In this document: piece by piece, positions 10,053 through 19,708 of the stretch
Layout: the number at the start of each line of letters is the position of its first letter
Position numbering within the stretch: position 1 is the first letter of the stretch
Assembly (NCBI GenBank): GCA_963706025.1
Contig: CAVPLM010000005.1
Span: forward strand, 512,001 to 576,000
DNA length: 64,000 nt
Reading direction: 5' to 3'
DNA from: an uncultured Actinomycetes bacterium
GTDB taxonomy: Bacteria > Actinomycetota > Thermoleophilia > RBG-16-64-13
Made by a program: the position numbers and the translations under genes
The notes under the pieces: model-generated
The model's database searches: none
Told to the model about the DNA's origin: nothing
Seen by the model: only the letters and a program-made list of their open reading frames with translations

Positions 10053-11019
10053 TGCCCAACTCCTCAGTCTGTTCGATGAGACCATACAAGGCGTCGACGA
10101 CCATCCCCACCGTGTCGTCGATGCTCACGTTGTCCACGACAAGTGTCCCTTCGGCTCCTGCCCGCTCAAGGATGAATTCCTGGATCTTGCGTATCTCCTC
10201 GAATCCCTTCAGGTAACGAGCAAACACCCTGCGCCCAGATGTCTCCTGCTCCCTCACCAAGAAATGGCTACGATGCAGATGCGAGTCGGTCACGGCCACG
10301 ACCAGGGGAAGCAAGAGAGCCTCCCCGCTCCGCTCTCGAGCTCCGATCGAGGCGAGCATCCCGGGAACCATGTGCACACCCTCCACTACCAGGCTGGTGC
10401 GCTCCTCTATCGCCCTATCCAACACGGCCAGCACACCGACATTGACCATCTCCACCTGCTCCATGAAACCTATCAAGTTCGAGTCTATGCCGACGCGCAA
10501 CGGGATCCGAACAGCCTTGTCCGCGTCGTACGACGAGTAGTGGATTGCCGGCATGAGGCTCTCGGAGAAGAAGGCCCTCATCACCTGCCGAATGGCGTCG
10601 GTGGAGATGATCCTCACCACCCCAAGCCGCTCCGCCACCTGGGCGGCGATCGTACTCTTGCCCACCCCGGTGGCTCCTCCGATCAGCACGATGACCGGCA
10701 TGTCCTCTCTAGCCAACCGATTCCAGGCGCGGTAGCGCTGCAGGTACCGTTGCCCTTCGCTCTCAGCCAACACCAGCTCCACCATCTGGCGTAGCCGGTC
10801 CACGCTCACCTCGCGGTCGAGCCCCTGCAGCAGCTGCCACTCCACATCCATGGCCACCCCAAAGGCCCTTTCCGGCGGTAGCCCGGTGGCGGTCAACGTG
10901 GTTGCCAGCAGTCCCTTCGAGAAAGGCACCTTGTGACCCTCTCTCACCAGTTGGATGGGGAAGTTCTCCGGCCTGGAAAGCCTGGCGCCCGTGTCTTGCC
11001 GGCCTTCGCCGCTGCCCAT
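10039..11019 (-). CDS. pgk2: 2-phosphoglycerate kinase (ATP-cone plus P-loop kinase)
   Basis: PFSKGLLA ATP-cone, LIGGATGVGKST, ISTDAIRQVMR, HYSSYDA, VEGVHMVPG, EIRKIQ. Confidence 0.88.
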   Translation of the reverse strand: MGSGEGRQDTGARLSRPENFPIQLVREGHKVPFSKGLLATTLTATGLPPERAFGVAMDVEWQLLQGLDREVSVDRLRQMVELVLAESEGQRYLQRYRAWNRLAREDMPVIVLIGGATGVGKSTIAAQVAERLGVVRIISTDAIRQVMRAFFSESLMPAIHYSSYDADKAVRIPLRVGIDSNLIGFMEQVEMVNVGVLAVLDRAIEERTSLVVEGVHMVPGMLASIGARERSGEALLLPLVVAVTDSHLHRSHFLVREQETSGRRVFARYLKGFEEIRKIQEFILERAGAEGTLVVDNVSIDDTVGMVVDALYGLIEQTEELGSGDY

Positions 11020-11023
11020 CCCG

Positions 11024-12406
11024 CTACACCCGCTTCTCGAAACGCGTTCTTGCCAACTGAGCCAACTCCTCCGCCACCTGAGCCAGACGCCCCTCGTGTC
11101 CGGGCGACACCTCGACAGGAAGGTTGTCGACGAACACCACTTCAAGTCCACGTGCTTCGGCTTCGGCGGCCACCATGTCGATGGCCGCAGCCTTGATCTC
11201 CGTCAGAACCGCGTCCACCCGCCCCATCTCCGGCCGCTCTAGATCGGCGCGCAATTCCGGCCGACTGGAGAGGTTCCCCGAGAACAGCTCCACTCGGCAG
11301 CCCCAGCGCTCCTCCATGTACCGCCTCAGCAACCCCTCCTGGACGCGAGGCGCCGAGGAGAAGAAGGCTACCCGTCTACCCTCGACCGGCTGCGCCGGGT
11401 GCGGCCTGAACACGACGGGAAGGACCTCTAACCCCGGTTTGACCTCGTTCACCGCGTCAAAGACTGCGCGCACCTTCTCCCTCGACGCTAGAGGCTCCTC
11501 GGCCATGGTCAGCACCAACGCATCGCTGGTTAGCAGGCGATATGTCCCCAGGTATCCGGCGATGTGTTCCACCGGCTGCTGGGCTCCGGCCACCAGCAGG
11601 CGCGCATCTGTGCCGACGGGCGGCAGAGTCGCCCCACTGCCCTCAAAGATCACCAGACCCGGGGCCAGGCTGTTGGCCAGTCGCGCCCCGGCAGCCACAT
11701 TTGAGACGAAGGGCTCTCCGGCCATGCCCCCGCCACATCTGCGGCACCCTACGGTCACCACCCGGCTAAGGACCGCATCCTCGAAGTGATCCGACGCCGC
11801 GTGCCGGCCCTCCCGACTCCAGGCCAGAAGATCCTCGACAGTCAGACCGACCCGAGCCCCGTCGATGATCTCGGGTTCCGCAGGACCGCCGCGCCCCATC
11901 GCCACGACCACCACTTCGTGCGCGTCTTCCCTGGTCGCCAAGCCCCGCAAGACCCGCGCCACGTAGCCGCTGATCGCCGTTTTGCCCACCCGCTTCCCCG
12001 TCCCGACGACGGAAAGCGAAGGACTTGCGCAAAGATGATCTGAGCTTGTAGGGCTGAAGTGGAAATCCGGACCAACGTAGCCTACGTTCCGCGCCAAGCT
12101 GTGGCTGATGAGACGGAAACGCACCTCGTATCCTAGCACCGGCTCATCGCTCAGGTCAACGACCACCTCCGGATCGAACATCTCGATGGCCCGGCCCAAG
12201 CCTCGGCTCAGATCCGGGTCGAACACTACAGGCAGACCATAGATTCTTTCGGCCGCAGCCTCTAGGTCATCGTCCCTGATCTTCTCGAACCCACCTAGGA
12301 ACAGGGCGCCCCGGAACTCGAAACGCTCCGCGGCTTGTCGTAGGGCGTCGACCACCACCGACGGATAGTGCTCCCCATCGATCAGAGCGACGGCCGGCTG
12401 CTTCAT
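11024..12406 (-). CDS. cpgS: Cyclic 2,3-diphosphoglycerate synthetase
   Basis: ALIDGEHYP, VVDLSDEPVL, GTGKRVGKTA, AMGRGGP, HAASDHFED, GCRRCGGGMAG, EGSGA, TEIKAAAID. Confidence 0.9.
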   Translation of the reverse strand: MKQPAVALIDGEHYPSVVVDALRQAAERFEFRGALFLGGFEKIRDDDLEAAAERIYGLPVVFDPDLSRGLGRAIEMFDPEVVVDLSDEPVLGYEVRFRLISHSLARNVGYVGPDFHFSPTSSDHLCASPSLSVVGTGKRVGKTAISGYVARVLRGLATREDAHEVVVVAMGRGGPAEPEIIDGARVGLTVEDLLAWSREGRHAASDHFEDAVLSRVVTVGCRRCGGGMAGEPFVSNVAAGARLANSLAPGLVIFEGSGATLPPVGTDARLLVAGAQQPVEHIAGYLGTYRLLTSDALVLTMAEEPLASREKVRAVFDAVNEVKPGLEVLPVVFRPHPAQPVEGRRVAFFSSAPRVQEGLLRRYMEERWGCRVELFSGNLSSRPELRADLERPEMGRVDAVLTEIKAAAIDMVAAEAEARGLEVVFVDNLPVEVSPGHEGRLAQVAEELAQLARTRFEKRV

Positions 12407-13203
12407 GGCCCAGGCTCTGCCTCAATGGGGAGACCATTGCGCAGATAGGCCTTCGAGGCTGCGTCGAACTCGACGATCACCTCCGCCCCATGGAAGGGAT
12501 ACCGGCGCGATATCGTCACGTGATCGCCTAGGATCTCGATGACGTTGTAGCAGGGTTTCGTGTCGCCCCTGAGCCGCAGAGTAGCGACGGTCCCAGTGTT
12601 CACGACGAACATGTTCTCGAGACGCCACGCGTAGGGCACGTGCTTGTGGCCGGAGAGTACGAGTTCCACACCGCACTCCACCAGCACCTCCAGCACGTCA
12701 CCTGCATCGTTGACGATGTTACGCTCCCGCCCGGTGCCCGGGATGGGAAGCAGATGGTGATGCAGGACAAAGATCTGGAAGTCTCCGGGGCACTTTGTGA
12801 ACGCTTCCCTCATCCAGGGATAGCGGTGCCGGCCGATGCGCCCGTAGTCGAGGTCGGGCTCGGTAGAGTCGACGCCCACCAACGTGACGCCTTTCTTGCG
12901 GATCACGTTCTCCCGGGATGCGAACAACCGCTCAAAATGTGCGTAGCCGACGTTTCGGCTGTCGTGGTTGCCGGGCACCACCAGGACGTCAGGGCAGTCG
13001 AGCCGGTCGAGATACTCGCGCGCCTCTCGGAATTCCTGGCGATACCCCATGTTGGTCAGGTCTCCGGTGACAACCACGACGTCGGGGGCCAGGTCGTTCA
13101 CCTCCACCAGGGCCCGGTCCAGCAGATTGGGCACGAAGTACTGGGAGCCCGTGTGCAGGTCGGACAGGTGGGCGATGACACAGGAGCGAGTCTTGTTGTC
13201 CAT
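12403..13203 (-). CDS. Calcineurin-like metallophosphoesterase (CpdA/Icc-like)
   Basis: SDLH, TGDLT, PGNHD, HHH, SGHKH. Confidence 0.9.
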   Translation of the reverse strand: MDNKTRSCVIAHLSDLHTGSQYFVPNLLDRALVEVNDLAPDVVVVTGDLTNMGYRQEFREAREYLDRLDCPDVLVVPGNHDSRNVGYAHFERLFASRENVIRKKGVTLVGVDSTEPDLDYGRIGRHRYPWMREAFTKCPGDFQIFVLHHHLLPIPGTGRERNIVNDAGDVLEVLVECGVELVLSGHKHVPYAWRLENMFVVNTGTVATLRLRGDTKPCYNVIEILGDHVTISRRYPFHGAEVIVEFDAASKAYLRNGLPIEAEPGP

Positions 13204-13272
13204 GTCGACTTCCTCCGCCTGGAATGCCCAGTTCAGCCCGCATTCCGGACCGGGACGGGCTGAAAGCGCCGC

Positions 13273-14340
13273 CTACTCAGCGCTCGCTATGATCTCCTCC
13301 ACCGCCGCCAGATCAGCCGGACAATGGATGATCGGCCGTGACTGGTCGATGGCGGTCTGTGGATCCTTCAAACCATGGCCGGTAAGAACCGCTACCAACG
13401 TATCACCGAAGGGCAATCCGGTGCTGCGGTACTTGAGCAGCCCGGCCACGCTGGCCGCCGAAGCGGGCTCGCAGAACACGCCCTCCTTCTGGGCCAGGAG
13501 TCGTTGTGCGGCCAGTATCTCCTCGTCGGTCACATCGCGTATCGCGCCGTGCGACTCGCACGCGGCCGCCAGGGCTTCTTCCGCTCGGGCCGGATTGCCG
13601 ATGCGGATGGCCGTCGCGACCGTCTCCGGCTTCTCCACCACATGTCCGCACACCAAGGGGTTGGCCCCCTCGGCCTGGAAACCCCACACCACCGGCAGCC
13701 GTCCGGCCAGCCCATTCTGGTGGTACTCGCGGAAACCCTTCCAGTACGACGTGATGTTGCCCGCGTTGCCCACAGGGATGGAGAGCATAGCGGGGGCCTC
13801 CCCCAGACGGTCGACGATCTCAAAGGCCGCCGTCTTCTGTCCCTCGATCCGGTAGGGGTTGAGAGAGTTCACCAGGGTTATGGGCTGCCGCTCCGAGATC
13901 TCCTTGACGTATTCCAGCGCGAGATCGAAATTGCCCTCGATCGCGATCGCCACGGCCCCGTGCATGAGCGCCTGCGACAACTTGCCCATGGCTATCTTGC
14001 CTTCAGGTATCAGTACGACACAGCGCATTCCGGCCCGGGCCGCGTACGCGGCCGCGGAGGCCGAAGTGTTGCCCGTCGAAGCGCAGATGACCGCCGTCGC
14101 GCCTTCTTCCAAGGCCTTGGTGATGGCCACGGTCATACCCCGGTCTTTGAACGATCCCGTAGGATTGGTCGCCTCGTACTTGAGGTACACGCGGCAACCC
14201 AGCTCCTTGCTCAACCACTCGGCCGGGATCAGCGGAGTGCTGCCCTCACCCAGGCTGGCCGGAACGGTGTCGGGCTTCAAGGGCAGGTAACGGCGATACC
14301 GCTCGACCACCCCAAAGGGACGCTCGTCCCCCGCGCCCAT
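13273..14340 (-). CDS. thrC: Threonine synthase
   Basis: [35 protein letters not shown]. Confidence 0.96.
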   Translation of the reverse strand: MGAGDERPFGVVERYRRYLPLKPDTVPASLGEGSTPLIPAEWLSKELGCRVYLKYEATNPTGSFKDRGMTVAITKALEEGATAVICASTGNTSASAAAYAARAGMRCVVLIPEGKIAMGKLSQALMHGAVAIAIEGNFDLALEYVKEISERQPITLVNSLNPYRIEGQKTAAFEIVDRLGEAPAMLSIPVGNAGNITSYWKGFREYHQNGLAGRLPVVWGFQAEGANPLVCGHVVEKPETVATAIRIGNPARAEEALAAACESHGAIRDVTDEEILAAQRLLAQKEGVFCEPASAASVAGLLKYRSTGLPFGDTLVAVLTGHGLKDPQTAIDQSRPIIHCPADLAAVEEIIASAE

Positions 14341-15621
14341 CTAAAGCACCCTCAGGGTCATGGGCCTGCTCTTGCAGCACTTCAAGCCCTTGGCCTGCTC
14401 GATCGCGGCGAAGAAATCCTTTTCGCGCGTGGGGTGCGTGATGAGCACCAACTCCGCCTCCGCCCCCCTGCCCTTCTGGATCATGCTTGCGATCGAGACC
14501 CCGTGCTCGCCGAACACGGACGCGATCTGGGCCAGCACGCCGGAAACGTCTTCCACGTTCATCTTGATGAAGAAGGCCGATTCCACCTCATCCGCCGGGT
14601 AGAAGCCCAGATGGCGGTAGCAGGAGCAGCTCTGCAGGAAGCCGACGTCCTTGGTGTTGGCGATGGAGATGATATCGCTCACCACTGCGGTAGCCGTAGG
14701 TGCGCCGCCGGCACCGGGCCCCATCAACATGATCTCCCCGATGGCGCTGCCACGTAGGAACACCGCGTTGTGAGAGCCGCTGATGGACGCGAGTGGATGA
14801 TCGACCGGCACCAGAGCGGGAAACACCCGCACGCTCACCCGCTCGTCCATCAGACGAGCCGCGCCGATCAGCTTGACCACAAAGCCCAGGTCCTTGGCAT
14901 AGCGTACGTCCTCCAGGCCTATTTCCTGGATGCCCTCGAACGATACATCGGCCAACGTGACGCGCGAATGGAAAGCGATCGACCCCAGAATGGCCATCTT
15001 CGCAGCCGCGTCGGCTCCACCCACATCGGCGGTGGGATCGGCTTCAGCAAAACCCAGTTCCTGAGCCTTGGCCAGGATGTCGGCATAGTCGCCCTCGTCG
15101 CTATACATGCGGCTGAGGATGTAATTGGTGGTGCCGTTCACTATCCCGTACACCGTGTGGAGTCCCGCCGCGATCATGCTCTCCCGCATCACCTTGATGA
15201 TGGGGATCGCCCCAGCTACCGAAGCCTCGAAACGCAGGTGACGTTTCTCGTCTCGAGCAAGATCGAACAGGGCCTCACCTCGGGAAGCCAGAAGCTGCTT
15301 GTTGGCCGTTACCGCGTTCTTTCCCTTCCGCATCGCCGCATCGAGAAAGGTGAACGCGGCGTCGGTGCCGCCGATCAATTCCACCACGATATCTATGGAG
15401 CGATCGTCCACGATCTGAGCGAAATCGCTGGTGAACAGACCCGGGGGCGCGTCGGCGGGGATCTTCGCCTCATCGATCTCCAGCACCTTCGCGACCTGGA
15501 GGTCCACCCCGGTACCGTCCAGGATCTGGTCGTGTTCCTTCTGGATGAGCCGGTACACGCTGGATCCGATGGTACCGAAACCCAGCAGACCGAGTCGTAC
15601 GGTCCTTTGCTCCCGACTCAT
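14341..15621 (-). CDS. hom: Homoserine dehydrogenase with C-terminal ACT domain
   Basis: GLLGFGTIG, VTANK, EASVAGAIP, NGTTNYIL, AEADPTAD. Confidence 0.96.
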   Translation of the reverse strand: MSREQRTVRLGLLGFGTIGSSVYRLIQKEHDQILDGTGVDLQVAKVLEIDEAKIPADAPPGLFTSDFAQIVDDRSIDIVVELIGGTDAAFTFLDAAMRKGKNAVTANKQLLASRGEALFDLARDEKRHLRFEASVAGAIPIIKVMRESMIAAGLHTVYGIVNGTTNYILSRMYSDEGDYADILAKAQELGFAEADPTADVGGADAAAKMAILGSIAFHSRVTLADVSFEGIQEIGLEDVRYAKDLGFVVKLIGAARLMDERVSVRVFPALVPVDHPLASISGSHNAVFLRGSAIGEIMLMGPGAGGAPTATAVVSDIISIANTKDVGFLQSCSCYRHLGFYPADEVESAFFIKMNVEDVSGVLAQIASVFGEHGVSIASMIQKGRGAEAELVLITHPTREKDFFAAIEQAKGLKCCKSRPMTLRVL

Positions 15622-15646
15622 ACCGCTCCCTTCTCTGTCGTCCCCA

Positions 15647-16966
15647 CTAGTCGTGCAGCGGGTGCTGCTTCGCCACCAGATCGGCGTAGCTCTCGCGCTC
15701 GATGATGACCCGCGCCCGGCCCTCGTTCACCAGGATGACGGCCGGCCGCAGGCTACCGTTGTAGTTCGAGGCCATGGCGTAACAGTACGCGCCGGTGGCC
15801 GGCATGACCAGAACGTCACCCGGCTCCGGACGGGCGATGACGGCGTCCCGGATGAGGATGTCGCCACTCTCGCAGTGCTTGCCCGCAACCGTGACGGTCG
15901 TGTCTGCGGGCGCCTCGGCCTTGTTCGCCAGCATGACCTCGTACCGGGCATCGTAGAGCATGGGACGGATGTTGTCGCTCATGCCCCCGTCGACGCTCAC
16001 ATAGGTGCGGACGCCCGGGATCTCCTTGATCGTTCCGACCCGGTAGGCGGTGATGCCCGCTTTGCCTACGATCGATCGTCCGGGCTCGATGAGAACCCTG
16101 GGCATGGGCAGGCCCATGGCCGCCATTTCTTCCCGGACCCCTTCGACCTTCACCGTTACGTAGTCGGCGATGGACGAAGGCGCGTCGGCTTCGGTGTAGC
16201 GGATGCCCAGACCGCCCCCGATGTTGAGATAGCGACAGTCGAAACCGAGGCTCGCATGCGCTTGACCTATGAGTCTCACCAGGATCTCGATCGCCTTCCT
16301 GAACGGCTCGAGAAGGAATACCTGGCTGCCTATGTGGGCGTGCACGCCCACGAGATCCAAGTGAGGCGCGGCGAGAGCCCGGCGGATGGCCTCCAGAGCC
16401 ACTCCCTCCAGAAGCCCGAAGCCGAACTTCGAATCGACCTGGCCGGTCTCGATGTATGAATGCGTGTGGGCTTCGACGCCTGGAGTGATGCGAAGAAGGA
16501 TCCGCTGCGAACCTCCCCGTGCTGCTACCAGTTCTTCCAGCAAGTCCAACTCCTGGAAGCTGTCGACCACGATGAACCCAACGCCTCGCGCAAGCGCGTA
16601 TTCCAGCTCCTCGCGGGTCTTGTTGTTTCCGTGGAAGAAAATGCGCTCGGCGGGAAAGCCGGCTACCTCGGCCACGTGGTATTCCCCTCCAGACGACACG
16701 TCGATCGAAAGCCCCTCCTCGAGCACCAACTGGTCCACCGCCACCGAGGAGAACGCCTTGCTGGCGTAGATCACCTCGAAGTCGTCGGTATGCTCGCGGA
16801 ACGCCGTTAGGTAGCGCCGACACTGGTCGCGGATGGACTCCTCCTCGTATATGACGAGGGGGCTGCCGTACCCGGCCACCAACTCGGCGACATCGCAGCC
16901 ACCGACCTGCAGGTGTCCGGCCGCGTTGTGCGAAGCAGTGATGGGATAGACGAGCGTGTGGGTCAC
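15647..16966 (-). CDS. lysA: Diaminopimelate decarboxylase
   Basis: YASKAF, HGNNK, DSKFG, HIGSQ, EPGRSIV, GKHCESGD. Confidence 0.96.
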   Translation of the reverse strand: MTHTLVYPITASHNAAGHLQVGGCDVAELVAGYGSPLVIYEEESIRDQCRRYLTAFREHTDDFEVIYASKAFSSVAVDQLVLEEGLSIDVSSGGEYHVAEVAGFPAERIFFHGNNKTREELEYALARGVGFIVVDSFQELDLLEELVAARGGSQRILLRITPGVEAHTHSYIETGQVDSKFGFGLLEGVALEAIRRALAAPHLDLVGVHAHIGSQVFLLEPFRKAIEILVRLIGQAHASLGFDCRYLNIGGGLGIRYTEADAPSSIADYVTVKVEGVREEMAAMGLPMPRVLIEPGRSIVGKAGITAYRVGTIKEIPGVRTYVSVDGGMSDNIRPMLYDARYEVMLANKAEAPADTTVTVAGKHCESGDILIRDAVIARPEPGDVLVMPATGAYCYAMASNYNGSLRPAVILVNEGRARVIIERESYADLVAKQHPLHD

Positions 16967-17034
16967 TTCAGCCTCCAGAAGGGAAACACCGGTACGTTAC
17001 CACACAAGGCCAACTGGTAGAATGAACTTCCAGG

Positions 17035-17391
17035 ATGACCGACGAAACGTCCAGTTTTTCCTACTACCGGGGCACCAAGGAGCCCGGCTTCGCCACCCGA
17101 ACGGAGCTGGAGGCGGCCAAGCTTTTCGACTATCACCGGATCGCCTGGGAGTATGAACCGCGCACCTTCATCCTCGAGCAGGACGAGCGGGGAAACATCC
17201 TCGAAGCTTTCACGCCCGACTTCTTCTTACCTGATCTCGATCTCTTCATCGAAGTGACCGAGATGAAGCAGTCGTTGGTCACCGCCAAGAACCGCAAGGT
17301 ACGGAAGTTGCGCGAGAGGTACCCCGATATCCGCATCAAGCTCCTCTATCGCAAGGACTTCGTGCGGATGGCCCAGAAGTACGGTCTCTGA
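17035..17391 (+). CDS. Small PD-(D/E)XK nuclease-fold protein
   Basis: E..AKLFD..WEYEPRTF..FTPDFFLP..FIEVT..KNRKVR pattern. Confidence 0.6.
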   Translation: MTDETSSFSYYRGTKEPGFATRTELEAAKLFDYHRIAWEYEPRTFILEQDERGNILEAFTPDFFLPDLDLFIEVTEMKQSLVTAKNRKVRKLRERYPDIRIKLLYRKDFVRMAQKYGL

Positions 17392-17395
17392 GGTC

Positions 17396-18001
17396 TTGAT
17401 GACTGTCCTCCCGCCGCCAACCACTTCATCCTATGGCGCGCGGCGCCGCGACGACAGGATCGGCGAGACATACCTCGACTCGACCACCATCGGCGAACGC
17501 GTGCAGGAACTGGGGGCGGAGATCACTCGCGACTACCGAGGTCAAGACCTTCTCCTTATCTCGATCCTGAAGGGGGCGGTCTTCTTCATGGCCGACCTTG
17601 CCCGGGCCATCGATCTTCCGCTCGAGATCGACTTCTTGGCGATCAGCTCCTACCTGCACGAGCACGGCCAGACAGGCACGAAGGCGATCCGTTTCTTGAA
17701 GGACCTGGACAGACCGGTCAAGGACAAGAACGTCCTCGTCGTCGAGGATATGATCGACTCCGGTCTGACCCTGCACTACATCATACGATCGCTCGGCTTA
17801 AGAAGGCCCCGCTCGTTGGAAGTGTGCACGCTCTTCGACCGGCCTCATCAACGCTTGGTGGATATCGAGGTGCGCTACGTGGGCTTCCAGGTGACCGACG
17901 ACTTCTTCGTGGGATACGGTTTCGACTATCGTCAGTTGTTCCGCAATATCCCTCATGTAGCCTACCTGCGACTCGAGCCCCAGCAACCTTCGCTGTTCTA
18001 G
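17396..18001 (+). CDS. hpt: Hypoxanthine phosphoribosyltransferase-like protein
   Basis: ILKGAVFFMADL, ISSY, VLVVEDMIDSGLTL, FVGYGFDY..RN. Confidence 0.88.
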   Translation: MMTVLPPPTTSSYGARRRDDRIGETYLDSTTIGERVQELGAEITRDYRGQDLLLISILKGAVFFMADLARAIDLPLEIDFLAISSYLHEHGQTGTKAIRFLKDLDRPVKDKNVLVVEDMIDSGLTLHYIIRSLGLRRPRSLEVCTLFDRPHQRLVDIEVRYVGFQVTDDFFVGYGFDYRQLFRNIPHVAYLRLEPQQPSLF

Positions 18002-18036
18002 GGGACCCCGTGGCTTGTCCGGTCTCCTTGGCCCAG

Positions 18037-18819
18037 GTGAGCTTGCGGTCCGCGCCCGAAGCCGGGCAGGAACGCATTCTGGAGCTGGTCGCCACTCTCT
18101 ATTCACCCGCCGCCGAACCGACGCGACCGTCACCCGGTCTCGTGGTGGGCCATGGAGCCGGCAGCAGAAGAGAGCGGCACGACGGCTTCTGCCGCGAAGC
18201 CTGCCGGCAGGGATTCGTCGTGTTGGCGCTCGATTTCCGAGGGCACGGTGACAGCAGCGGGTTGGGAGACGGCCCGCTGGAGCAGGATATCCTCGCCGCT
18301 GCGGATCTTCTCCGGGCGCATCCAGCGGTCGACGGAGAGAGGTTGTGCTACAGGGGGTCGAGCATGGGTGGGTTCTACGGTCTCAAGGCTGCGCCTGAAG
18401 CCGGCTTCGCAGCCATGGCCTTGCTCTGCCCCGCCGGCGAGGACGTCATACTAGAAGCGCTGGACGAGAACGATCGGAAGGACAGAGACGACGATACGGC
18501 GTTCTCCTCCGCAGTCGTGCCGCCCCGCTGGGACACCATCGGGCTCCGCTCGTACTTCGAACGGCAAGACAGCGGGTGGCTGGCCTCTCAGGTGGAGTGT
18601 CCCGTCCTTTTGGTGCACGCGCGGGGGGACGAGGTGGTGCCGCTGGCCCATTCGTTCTTACTCGCCGCACGCCTCCGTACCGAGACGACGCTGCTGGCGC
18701 TGGAAGGCGGCACTCACACCACGGCCCAGCATGAACCCCAGATCCACCGTTTCACAGCGGCGTGGCTACTCGACAAGGTCGGCGGGCTGCAGATCAGCGC
18801 ATGCACTGAACGTACTTGA
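18037..18819 (+). CDS. Alpha/beta hydrolase
   Basis: HG, DFRGHGDS, GSSMGG nucleophile elbow, HARGDEVVP, GGTH. Start uncertain. Confidence 0.85.
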   Translation: MSLRSAPEAGQERILELVATLYSPAAEPTRPSPGLVVGHGAGSRRERHDGFCREACRQGFVVLALDFRGHGDSSGLGDGPLEQDILAAADLLRAHPAVDGERLCYRGSSMGGFYGLKAAPEAGFAAMALLCPAGEDVILEALDENDRKDRDDDTAFSSAVVPPRWDTIGLRSYFERQDSGWLASQVECPVLLVHARGDEVVPLAHSFLLAARLRTETTLLALEGGTHTTAQHEPQIHRFTAAWLLDKVGGLQISACTERT

Positions 18820-19096
18820 AGAAGACGTCGAAGGCCTTCTCCACAGCAGCCGGGTCGAGCGTCAACCCTGTCTGATCCTCCAGGCATTCCTTCATACGAT
18901 GACTGATGAGATGGGTGCCTACACGGTCCAGGGCCGATCTCACCGCCGCCAATTGGGCGAGTATCTGCTCGCATTCTTTGCCCTCTTCGATCATGCGCTG
19001 CAGTCCGCGCACCTGGCCCTCGATGCGGGCCAGCCGGTTGAGGATGCGCTCCTCCTCCCCCACCGCCCTGCCCGCTCCTGCGTCGCTCTCTGCCAT
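18794..19096 (-). CDS. CsoR/RcnR family transcriptional repressor
   Basis: RLARIEGQVRGLQRMIEEGKECEQILAQLAAVRSAL...MKEC. Confidence 0.9.
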   Translation of the reverse strand: MAESDAGAGRAVGEEERILNRLARIEGQVRGLQRMIEEGKECEQILAQLAAVRSALDRVGTHLISHRMKECLEDQTGLTLDPAAVEKAFDVFFKYVQCMR

Positions 19097-19223
19097 CGCC
19101 GAACTCCTTGCTGTTCGCTGCCTAAAGGGCGGCTTCGTTGCCGGCGTCGCCCCCGCCGGCAACACGACCTTCGCACCCCGTCTTCGGTCACCGTCGTTAT
19201 TCATCGAGAAGTCAAACGCATCA

Positions 19224-19237
19224 TACCCACGGGGGTA
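19224..19237. promoter_or_regulatory. CsoR-type operator TACCC-N4-GGGTA overlapping the repressor's own promoter
   Basis: tacccacgggggta lies between minus-strand TTGCGC (-35) and TATGAT (-10), and resembles known CsoR-family G/C-tract operators. Confidence 0.7.
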
Positions 19238-19274
19238 CCAACAGCGCAACAGGCGAGTCACGGAAAGAAGAAGG

Positions 19275-19347
19275 AGCGGAGTACGGGGTTCGAACCCGCG
19301 ACATCCAGCTTGGGAAGCTGGCACTCTACCAACTGAGTTAACTCCGC
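19275..19347 (-). tRNA. tRNA-Gly(CCC); CCA end not encoded
   Basis: Acceptor GCGGAGT/ACTCCGC, D-arm AACTCAGTTGGTAGAG, anticodon arm CCAGC-TTCCCAA-GCTGG, T-arm GGTTCGAACCC. Confidence 0.96.
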
Positions 19348-19527
19348 TCGCAGGTCGGTCATGCCCAGTTCGCGAGGATTCTACCACACGGTTTCCGCCA
19401 TCAAGCGGGTGCGATACCCGCCGAGCTGCGCGGTGTCGCGCGTCCGTGCGCTGCAGGCGGATATGTCTTCCGCTGGCACCGCGCGCTCGCAGCGCTGTTT
19501 TCGACCTTGATCGGCCCCGCGGGAGGC

Positions 19528-19555
19528 TTGACGGCGCGGCAAAGCCGAGTACAAT
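19528..19555 (+). promoter_or_regulatory. Sigma70-type promoter
   Basis: TTGACG-N16-TACAAT with no downstream ORF. Confidence 0.7.
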
Positions 19556-19563
19556 ACATTGCA

Positions 19564-19708
19564 GAGTCCCGAGAGCTCAGACGCAGCATCTGAGGAGCTT
19601 ACAAAGGGGCCCGCAGAGGAAACGCGGAGGCAAATGGCCGCGGAGTACAGTGAAGCGGGAACGAAGTGAGAGCCGGTGAAAGGTGAAAAGCGAGTGCACT
19701 CGGGGCTC
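19564..19708 (+). ncRNA. Probable 6S RNA-like structured ncRNA
   Basis: About 145 nt between the promoter and a T-tract. 5' GAGTCCCGAG pairs with 3' CTCGGGGCTC; inner CCCGC/GCGGG and CGCGG/CCGCG stems surround purine-rich bubbles. Confidence 0.55.

Noticed and set aside
16967-17034. Lysine riboswitch or T-box upstream of lysA or argS
   Set aside because: The intergenic space is too short (68 bp before lysA, 15 bp before argS) and no motif was seen.
19275-19347. tRNA-Gly as an integration site for an island
   Set aside because: I saw no integrase and no duplicated tRNA 3' end in the window.
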